Positions 1 to 10,319 of a stretch of 64,000 bases of DNA are shown piece after piece. Location: positions 79,484,001 through 79,548,000 of the forward strand of contig NC_043004.1 of the NCBI RefSeq assembly GCF_006345805.1, read 5' to 3'. The notes beneath the pieces are model-generated. The model was given only the letters and a program-made list of their open reading frames with translations. It was not told the DNA's origin and did not search any database. Position numbers and translations under genes: made by a program. Every line of letters starts with the position of its first letter. Positions within the stretch are counted from its first letter, which is position 1. Source of the DNA: Octopus sinensis. Taxonomy: Eukaryota.

Positions 1-470
1 ACCCTTCCTGTCACCAACCCTTAACTGTATCCAATCAAGGCAATATTTTCCCTTGGCCAGACATCTTTGTCAGAGAAGACTTGAAATAAACATTACTTGT
101 ATGACTGTGATACTCATTTACGATCATAACACGATATCAAGAGGGGTACACACACACGTATCTATGATGGGTTTTGTTAAGTTTCCAAAAATAAAATCCC
201 CCTCACAAAGCTTTGGATGGGCCAAGATTATAGAAGACACTTTCCCAAAGAGTTGCACATTGGGGATGAACTCCCAAGACCACAAGCCTCTCAATCATAC
301 AACCATGTTTGCATATGTATGCGCACACACACACACACCCTGGGAGGTGTTTTCTCAGATAATATAATTAAATGATTATCGTTATTAAAATTAGTGAGTT
401 TAAAATTCATCATACTAAAATTAATTAAAAATTATTCACTTTGTACAATGTTCTGAATATTCTTTTCTAC

Positions 471-672
471 TCTAGGCACAAGTATCGAAATTTTTGGGGA
501 GGGGTGAGTTGATTAGATTAACCCCAGTATGCAACTGGTACTTAACTTATTGACTCTGAAAGAAGGAAAGGCAAAGTCGACCTTGGCAGAATTTGAACTC
601 AGAACGTCAAGATAGACGAAATACCGCTAAGCATTTCACGCAGTGTGCTAACGTTTCTGCCGGCTTGTCACC
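471..672 (-). mobile_element. SINE family A copy (other minus copies at ~7441-7800 x2 and ~24600-24800)
   Basis: Reverse complement of the family A consensus (aggcaaagtcgaccttggcagaatttgaactcagaacgt...gctaacgtttctgcc). Confidence 0.85.
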
Positions 673-1211
673 TTGACAATGTTCTGAATATTGGTTGTAT
701 CCTTTGATCAACATGACCAGTTGGTTACTGTTATCAGATTGATCACAGTAAGAGGCTTCCAATAACAGTGTCAAATTGACATTGCTGTCACTGCTTAAAG
801 CAGCAAGTTGTTCTTAGCCAGCAGGAAATATTTTCAGCTGTGTCAACTGAGTCATATGACCCGGTGTCTTAGTAATGGACAGAATATAGCGCTAATGATA
901 AGATATACATAGCTCAGCTGATTGTCTGGTAGTTTACATTCCATCATCAATATTCTCAAACTTATTGAAGAATTAATTCTTTAAAAAGTTTCAATAATCA
1001 GCTTTGGGCTAACTTACAATTTTCTAATTACATTCCACTGAAATTGGTGTAATTTCTCATCAGAAAGTAAGTACCAAGGCAAGAATTGACGAAGAATATT
1101 AAACTAAATGGATGCTTGATTTACCACATTTATAGCTCATTACACTGGGTACCCAATACCTACAGCAGACTGATGTTGAATAAATGAAATTATATCTTAT
1201 GTAAGAGGAAA

Positions 1212-1461
1212 TCTATATATATAAAACTGAGAACGTGTGTGTGTGTCTGTCTGTCTGTGTGAATCCCTAAAACTTGAGAACTACACAACTAATTTCATTC
1301 AAATTTTACACATGCCTTACTTAGGATCCATGTAGTACCTAGGGCGAGCTCACAGCAATATCATATCTTCTCAACTATTTCAGTTTATCAGAGAAAATAT
1401 AAAAGAAATGTTTAATTCTTCAATGTCATGTGACACGGGCAATGCCAGGTATCTCTGCTGG
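1212..1461 (+). mobile_element. Non-autonomous Helitron-like element
   Basis: A|TCtatatatataaaa 5' end and internal (GT)/(GTCT) microsatellite. 3' end has a cgggcaatgccagg hairpin remnant followed by CTGG|T (degenerate CTAG). No TSD. Confidence 0.7.
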
Positions 1462-2860
1462 TATATATATCCATATATAAACTAGTTGATACAGCAGGAA
1501 ATAGGACAAGCTGACCTACTGTTGAATAATTGAACACAAACACACAGACCCACATGGAGAATAACTTTCTGCATCACACATGCTTGCCTCCACGCACACA
1601 ATTTTTTTTCTGTTAAAATTAGGAACTTTTAGCAAGATTATCAACAGCATATGGTTAATACTTAAACAAGATTGTTGAATAGTCAGCCATCAAATTATTT
1701 TGGCACACTGGTGCTTAACTTAGATAAGAATAGTCATACATTTCTATATGGTACAACTGTTCTAATACTAAGCGTTGCTTTTAAACAAATCACAAAAGAT
1801 ATAAATTATGTAACAAAAATAGCCAGCTAAAAAACATTGTGACGTCTTTTGAAATTTGGTACATTCCGTGTATGAGTTGCTGAAGCTAATGTTTTCCTAT
1901 TTCCCTTTCTGTAGCTAAAGCTATGAAGTACATACAAATGGTTCTTATTTTCAGATATACTAATTCAGACACAATGGAATATTGTACCTGGTACCCAGCA
2001 GTAAAGTTCAAGATCAGGAGCTTGGTTTTGGTGCATCAGCATCTAAATCACACAGTTACAGGGATTCTCTTATCTCTAATAATATTCATTTCTTTGGTAG
2101 ATTACGATGTAATAGACATATCTTTCACTTGTTTGGTTCACTGGTCTGTGGCCATGCTGGGGCACCACCTTTAATTTAGCTGAACAAATCACACCCAGTA
2201 CTTATTCTATCATTTTCTTTTGCTGAACTGCTAAGTTAAGGAGACATGAGCAAACCAGCACCAGTTGTAAAGCACATGTGAAAACACACACAGCAGGATC
2301 TTCCATTCAGTTACTGTCAACCAAATTCACTCACATGGTATTGGTTGGCCCAGGGCTACATTAAAAGACACTCGCTCAAAGGGGTGTGCAATGAGACTGA
2401 ACCTAAAACAGTATGGCTACAAAGCAAACGTCTTACACACACACACATCCATAACTGTGTCTATTGTGTGTGTCTGTATAGTCTAGTAATAGTCTGCCCT
2501 AGGGCAGGTCCTGTGCAAATGGACCTTCTCCAGTAATCTCTACAGAACCTGGGAGGGCCTGTACCCTCTCCTGCTGCTGTTCAGTAGATTACTGAAACTT
2601 TGGCTACCATGAATAGATTTGGGTTGAATATTGGAGTGGTTTTCTGTTGCCTTCTCCAGGTGGGGGATTTAGAAGTTAAAACTCAGAATGTAGAGGGCCA
2701 GAAGATATACCATAAAGCATTTTTGCCAATAACCAACGAATCTGTCATTCTCCCACTCACAAGCAACATGAAATGAAGAATTTGCCCACGAATACAACAC
2801 AGTGTCTGGCCAAGAAATTGAAAGCATGACCTGGTGTGAACCTCTAGATCACTACACATA

Positions 2861-3665
2861 TACATAAGGTCTGATCAATAAGTATCCAGAATGTTGCCAT
2901 AGTAATGAAACTAAAGCACACAGAGTGAAGCCACTAAGCAAAAATTGATCTTGAACTCTGCTGTGCATGCGCACTAAGTTTTAACATTCTAGCTCACTTC
3001 CGTTGTTTACAGCAGTGCTTGGAAGGAAGGTGTGTAGCATGTGATCATCACATTGACTATGACAGAGAAAGCTGTCATGGCAATACCTGCTCGGAGGCCT
3101 TTGCAAAGTCACAGAAAGTGTATGGAGAGGAGTGTATAAGCCACACACAAGTGTACAAGTGGCTCAGATGTTTCCAAGATGGCCGAAAAAATGTCAATAT
3201 TGACAAAGGTTCTGGGAGACCTGCAACCAGCAGAACTGAGAAAAACATTACAGATGTGCAGATTAGTTACAGTTCAGTCCAGTCCATCATCACTGAAGAT
3301 TTGGGTATGAGACATGTGTCTGTCAAGATTGTGCCAAAACCGATTTCAGCTAACCAAAAAGACACTTGATGGAAACTTTCTGAAAACTTTGCATAGGCCT
3401 CTGAGCAGGTATTGCCAAGCATCTGGCAAAATGTGATGCGAATTCTCTGCTCAACTTTCATTTTCATGGTCAATACAATGATCATACGCTACACATGTTT
3501 GTTCCAAGCATGGTTGTAAACAGTGGAAATGAGCTAGAATGTTAAAACTTAGTGCACATGCACAACAGACGTCAAGGTTAATCTGAGCCAAGCAGTTTCA
3601 CTGTGTGCTTTATCTTCATTACTATGGCAACATTCCGGATACTTATTGATCAGACCATTTTTGTA
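2861..3665. mobile_element. Non-autonomous mariner derivative with long fold-back arms and transposase N-terminal remnants
   Basis: Ends TA-cataaggtctgatcaataagtatcc ... ggatacttattgatcagacc..TA. Plus-strand remnant GNTCSEAFAKSQKVYGEECISHTQVYKWLRCFQDGR...SGRP...LGMRHVSVKIVPK is a mariner HTH region. Minus arm encodes VEQRIRITFCQMLGNTCSEAYAK. Confidence 0.85.
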
Positions 3666-5463
3666 CTTTCTGCTTTTTCCAATTGTCGTTTTTTCTTACT
3701 CTGTTTTCTCTACTAAAGCTTTCTTTTTTTGTTCTGTCTCTGTTTATTTTCTTGTGTTCCTTTCTGTTGAAGAGCATAGGCTTGAAACATAGAAGACTGT
3801 CTCACTTTCCTGAGTGTTAAACTAATACGCCTATTTGTTGTTTACACACCCATCTTCATCTTTTGTTTTTTGTAAATTCCAACTGTGTGTATGTGTGTAT
3901 ACCATAAATGCTGATTTTATGAATTCCTGATAGAGTTAACCCTGCTAAGTCTATGATATACACAAATTAGATAACTTGTCTAGCTCCTTACAGTCTCGAC
4001 AATTTCCAAGTACTCTTGTACAGAGTGTGGCAGAAAAATCTCCCATATTTTACAAGGCTATTGCTATGGCACCAGTTAGGTTAGGCTGGCAGTAATTGTG
4101 TCTACATAAAGCTAATGTTTTACCATTTGGCTTTCTTCTTTTTCTTTGTTTTCAGTTACATCTTTGCTATTGAAATGATTATTGAGCATCGTGAATCTGA
4201 GGGGTATTTTTTTTGCCACACTTTGTATATTTCTTCTTCTTCTGCCAATTCCATGACAGCATCATTTTGTGATACTGTCAGAAATACCTCACCATTGTTC
4301 CTGTAAGTTAGTAATAACATATTTAAAGAATGGAACATTAAAAAGTTAACTAGAAATAATAGCATGTGGTTAGTACCTTTGAATTATTTTTTGTGTAAAC
4401 AATTCTATTTTTGCACATGCAAACCAATGTACAGTCTTGCACATTTATTTAGTGATTCTTTCATTGTTGGTTTAGCATCGCTGATGAGGTCATAATAAGA
4501 CACAAAGCCAGTCATCACCCTTACATAATGAAGAAATTAAAATAATATAAGTCTATAATTAACATTGTCCATTTACCCCTCCTACTTAATTACTTCTAAT
4601 TAATGTATTTAACAAATGCAGCATTAAAAGGTGTGTGAGTGTGAGTGAGTGTGTGTGTGATGATCATCATCATTCAACATGCGTTTTCCATGCTGGCATG
4701 AGTTGGACGGTTTGACTGACCAAAGAGCTGCACCAGGTTCCACAGTCTGCTTTGGCCTGGTTTCTACGACTGGATGCCCTTCCTAATGCCAATCCCTTTA
4801 CAGAGCACATGGAGTGTCTTTTGCTTGGTGCCATCAGGGGTGCTTTTTACATGACACTGACACCAGTGGGATCAGCAGGTAACTTGCAAGACAAAGACCT
4901 CTCAGCTGGGAGAAGGAATGGAACCACAGGAAGTGGCCTTGTGGCAGGTGAGGAATTAGAGTATAACAGAGGGGAAGGGATAGGTGCCTTACTAAAGAGG
5001 GGATATTTGATGACTCCAGTAGGAAAAGGGAGGAGAGGAAGGAGAGATGGTGAGAAAGATAGAGAGACAGTCAGAGTTAGTGAGAGAGAGGGAGAGAGAG
5101 AAGTAGATGGTGTTAGTGGGGGAGGCATGAAGCATTTGTGGCTCCTTGTCTTGACATCACAGGATAGTTATAAATGAGAATTATGTACAAGCAGGGACTC
5201 TTGTGTCTAGGCTTCCATAAGAGCATGTCTGATCAGAGGAAAAGTCGGCAACAGGAAAGGTATCCAGACTAGAAAATTTGCTTCAGCAAATTCCATCTTA
5301 CCCATGCACACATGGAAAAGTGGATGTTAAATGGTGATGGAAGCAGTGGTGGTGATGGAGGTGGTGGCCGTGGTGATAAGAGGCAGCAGTGATGATAGGA
5401 GGCAGTGGTGTAACCTGAATACAGTTCACAGAATTCCAGTACATCTTTGTGGATCGTTAGCTG

Positions 5464-5744
5464 CAGAGCTGTGGAGTCAGAGTCATGGAGTTGGCGTCAG
5501 AAACAATTAAGGGGTAGCTGGAGTCAGAGTCTGTAAAACTATACTGATTCCGACTCACAATATCTTTATTCTTTAATACAAATCAGTTATAACATAAAGG
5601 CCTACTCAAAGTACAAGTGTATGTATATGCCTTATGAGATATGTAGACCACAATCACTTAATTGCATAAAGAGGAGTCGAAGTCAGAGGTGCCAATAGTA
5701 GAGGAGTCGGAGCCAAAGTTTTTTGTTTTGACTCCACAGCCCTG
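5464..5744. mobile_element. hAT-type MITE nested in an older element
   Basis: TIRs cagagctgtggagtc / gactccacagccctg; 8-bp TSD gttagctg (5456-5463) / gttagcag (5745-5752); internal GGAGTC repeats. Confidence 0.8.
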
Positions 5745-6180
5745 GTTAGCAGTCTGTGACCCAATGTTGAGAATCACAGTAACCTGGGCCAACTATATAT
5801 AGCTTCTCAAGGTCACAGGTCTCCACACATTTAAGGACATTTGCTATTCAAAGGCCAAACTCAGTGAGAAGTAAATAAATCATAAAATCCCTTGGACAGG
5901 TCATCTGTAATTCAGTCTCTGTACTTGTAGTTGACGCGTAAAAGGAAGTAGGCTTCTGAAGGAAAGCTAAATTGGTATGAAAGTTGAGAGTTTTGACAAC
6001 AAGGAGATTATTAGATTCACATGTTCCACACTAGAGAAACCATAGTTGCGTTCTAGATTTCGAGAAATGGGGAGTGGAAATCAAAGAATGTGTGAAGTCA
6101 CCAAGTTCTTGACTTACGAAACAAAGTGGCAGCAAATATCTGGTTACCAATAGCAGAAAGCCAGTGGGTTGGTCTCTCTT

Positions 6181-6213
<33 letters not shown>

Positions 6214-6649
6214 GTTCTTACTGTTCAACTTAGCAATTAATCATTTGTGATATATATTCAGCTGTCCCCTCTGCCACCCCACCAAAGCTGTTTATTTGGT
6301 GGGATGGGTGGGTCCAGTTAGTTGAAGGCTAAGTAAAATAACACTTCTAGTATTACACTCTCTCCAACTATTATACACACAGTCTGTCTGTCTTTCTCTC
6401 CTTGGAGCTGACTTTTACAAACTTGGTCAGCTCAATGATATTTTTTTCTTATTTGCATAATTGGGATATGAATATTTATAAGTATACATGCACAACTGGG
6501 ATGCTATAACTTGTACACAAACACACACATGTATGTGTGTGTATGTATGTGTGTGTGTATATATATATATATATATACACATATATATATATATAAATTC
6601 GGTATGTGGTAAGGCAATTCGTTGCTAAACCCTTTATTGCTTAGTATTA

Positions 6650-6702
<53 letters not shown>

Positions 6703-6707
<5 letters not shown>

Positions 6708-6887
6708 GAATATAATATGTGACAATTATTTGGTTGCCATAAGAATCCGAGTTTCGGATGTCGGGGCGGAAACCTGCTCTGGCATCTCGTCAGTTATCGA
6801 GGAGATGCCGGAGCAGGTTTCCACCCCGACATCCGAAACTCGGAGTCTTATTATGGCAACCGAATAATTGCCACATATTATATTACA
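6703..6887. mobile_element. Penelope-like fold-back remnant with a hammerhead-like core, flanked by (TA)n
   Basis: ~85-bp near-perfect inverted arms. The minus strand contains ATAA-CTGACGA-GATG...CATC-C-GAAA-CTCGGATTC-TTAT. The PLE assignment is inferred from this architecture. Confidence 0.55.
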
Positions 6888-6950
6888 GATAAATTCCTCT
6901 ATTTACATAATATAGGTCTCATTCATTCTGTTGTTGTCTTGCCATTACTA

Positions 6951-6989
<39 letters not shown>

Positions 6990-9900
6990 TCACACACATA
7001 TACACACACAGACGACAGGCTTCTTTCAGTTTCCATCTACAAAAATCCACTAACAAGACTTTGGTTGGCACACTTGCATGGCACCTTGGGCTTTTTGCCC
7101 AAGGTGCCACACAGTTGGACTGAACCCAGAACCATGTTGTTGGGAAGCAAATTTCTTACCATGCAGCCATGCCCAAGCCATCCTTTCTACCTTTTTTCTT
7201 TTCTTTTCTCCAAGCAAAAATGTGGGATTCCACATGAAAAAATTACAGAAAATACGATTCTGTATTTTTTAATTATTTCACAATTTCCATGCCAGTTGTT
7301 CACTATTAGTTCCTGCATTCAATTGTAATCAGGCACCAAAATAATGCCCCAGCTTTATATTATTCCCTCTGAAGTATGGCAAGCAGGCAATTTGGATTCT
7401 ATTTCTAGCAGGCGGGAAGCAACTTTTTTTTTTTCACTCTCGGCACAAGAACCGAATTTTTTTTTTGGGGGGGGAGGTTTACTTAATTTAGCGACCCCGA
7501 AAGGATGAAAGGCGAAGTCGATCTCGGCGGAATTTGAACTCAGAACGTAACGGCAGACGAAATACCGCTAAGCATTTCGCTAGGCGTGCTAACGTTTCTA
7601 CCAGCTCACCTATTTCTTTACTACCCACAAGGGGCTAAACAAGGATAGACAAACGGATTAAGTCGATTATATCGACCCCAGTGCGTAACTGGTACTTATT
7701 TAATCGACCTCGAAAGGATGAAAGGCAAAGTCGACCTCGGCGGAATTTGAACTCAGAACGTAACGGCTGGCGAAATACGGCTACGCATTTCGCCCGCCGT
7801 CATAAGGAGGGAAGCAACTATATAAACGCGTCCCACAGTCTTGCTGTTGCTTAGCTCCAAGTCAGTCCATATGGAGTTGATTTATGATCGACTGACAATC
7901 CAGTAGTGACTAAATTGTCATATTCTTAGACAACAAAAACCCAAAGGTACATTGTCTAATGAGTTCTTTCCTGAGGAGTAATATGTGGTATGAAGAACGT
8001 TTGGTTGCTATTTCTAGCAAACGGAGTAACCACATCGAGACGCCATCAGAGTGATTGTAACTCTCCCTCTCTCTCCCACCTGTCTCCTTATGTTTGTCTT
8101 ACTCTTTGTTTCTTCCTTTTACTCTATATCTCTCCCTATGTGTCTCAATTCTCTCTCTCAGTTTCTCTATGTCTCATCTGTTTCCATCAATGTCTTCCTC
8201 TCTCCCCTCTCTTCCCCCAACAGTCTGTTGTCTGCTTACTGAATTATCTTTATTTCTCAGGCAACAATATGTATATATATATATGTGTGTGTGTATACAC
8301 ATACACAATATATCTTGTATCATTCAAGTATCTTTGTCTATTTTTCATTGTATTTAACGTCGATAATCAGTCACGTCACGTCACGTCACGTACCAACACA
8401 AATTACAATATCTTGCAATATTGAGAGCTAACACGATCAGGTGGTGGCTGCCGTTGTTGTTTCGCTCTGGGTCAGTCGTCCTGATCGAGTAGATCGAGCA
8501 GGGTTTCCATTACAATTTCAAAAATTCAGAAACAAAGCAAAAATAAAGATAACTCAGCAGAGCTTATTGGAAAACATACGCAAAGTTTTATCAAAAACAT
8601 CAGGACACATCCCTGTGGATTCCATTGGTTGCACGCAACCCATTTTAGACGGCAAATTGTGGAAGTTGTAACGATAATTTATGGACAACCTGCAAAAGCA
8701 AGGAGGTTCCAGTCGTGACCAGCTAAACTACAGTATACAATATTGGGAGATAGCATGATCAAGTGGTTAAGGTCAGTCCAGACCGAGTAGAAAATACTAG
8801 AGACGGTCCAGCAGTGACAATCCAATTGCAAAACACAAATTACAGTATACTGTATGGAGATATAGCCCCGGGTTAGGAGTTCATCGAATAGATTTAGTCA
8901 GAGACGTTCCAGCCGTGAACACCCATATTTTTTTTGGGGGGGGGGACGTTCCTTTGTCTTTTCCTGCTTAACCTCTTTATGTCATGAGGGAAGGTTGCGT
9001 GGATGAATGACACCGTACACCAATACCGAAGGATTACCTCTTTTTTTTTTCCAGACAACGTAACCAAGACAAAAACTGTCCTGTTTTTCAGTGAAGTTAG
9101 CAGGATGGAATTTGAGGTTATATTTGGCTATTTAATAATCACAAAGGGGGCAAAGGTAAAAAAAAAAAATACACACACCCGGTGGTTAGGGTTACACCAA
9201 AAACGGGTGGTGTGCGTATTCTTTACCTCCGCCTAGAATAGGTTGGGTACCGCAGTTTGTCTTCAAAATTAAAATCTTAATTAGGTCGACTTTGCTCTTT
9301 GTATCCTCCAGATCGATAAAGTATGTTCTAAGCTCGTCTTGAGGTCGATACAATTATCTATATCTCTCCAGCCCTAAATATTTAATAGCCCTTGCTTATC
9401 TTAGAGATTATATATGTATAGGCGAAAACGGACGTTAAATGATGATGATGAAGAGGAGGATGATGAGGCGCAGGCATGGCTGTGAGGCAAGAAACTTGCT
9501 TCCCAACCATATCGTTCTGGTTCAGTACCACTACGTGGCACCCTGGGTTAAATGCTTTTTACTATGGTTTCGGGCCGACCAAAGCCTTGTGAGTGGATTT
9601 AGTAGACGGAAACTGAAAGAAGCCCGTCGTATATAATGTGTGTGCGTGTCTTTGCCCTCCACCACCGCTTGACAACCGGTGTTGGTGTGTTTTCGTCCTC
9701 GTAACATAGCGGTTCGGCAGAAAAGGCCGATAGAATAAGTACCAAACCTTAAAAAAAAAACCAACAAAAAACAAACAAGAAACCTAAGTACTGCGATCGA
9801 TTTGTTCAACTGAAATCCCGTTCGAGGCATTGCTCCAGCATGGCCGCAGCCCAACGACTGGACCAAGAGAAAGGTATTACACACATACACACACACACAC

Positions 9901-10319
9901 AAACCTAGTAGCAGCAGCTGTCGTCATACCAACATCAATATCTGAACTGGCAGCGGGCGGTTTTAATAATTCATTTGTCATTTGGGTCATCAGAGCAGGT
10001 CAAGAGTCGAACAAGAGAGCGATAATGATAAGTTGGACGATAAATATCTTTAGAATTACTATCAAACAGCGATTGCTAGGTTTCGGGTCAGTCCTGAGCA
10101 AGTGATTGAAATATGAAGCAGAAACAATGATACGCAGTCAGAATCGATTGTATGTTGTGCGTGAAACAAATCGAAAAGAAACGAGGCAGCTTTCGTATAT
10201 ATTCCCTGTTCTCTACAATAAATAATGAGGCCGAGGACAATCCACTACAATCACAAGTTACGAAATTCATGGAAAAGTTTACCATTAATTCTTCCAGAAA
10301 AAAAAAAAGGAGCGAACAC

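Noticed and set aside
3765-3800. Intact hammerhead at gttgaagagcataggcttgaaac (and its relative at ~48150)
   Set aside because: The core begins UUGA rather than CUGA, stem II does not close properly, and no stem III/NUH was found.
4752-5177. 141-aa and 93-aa overlapping ORFs
   Set aside because: Composed of a family C repeat plus GA-rich low-complexity sequence, with no recognisable domain or splice support.
7990-8424. 144-aa ORF and neighbours
   Set aside because: CT/TA microsatellite-derived low-complexity translation.
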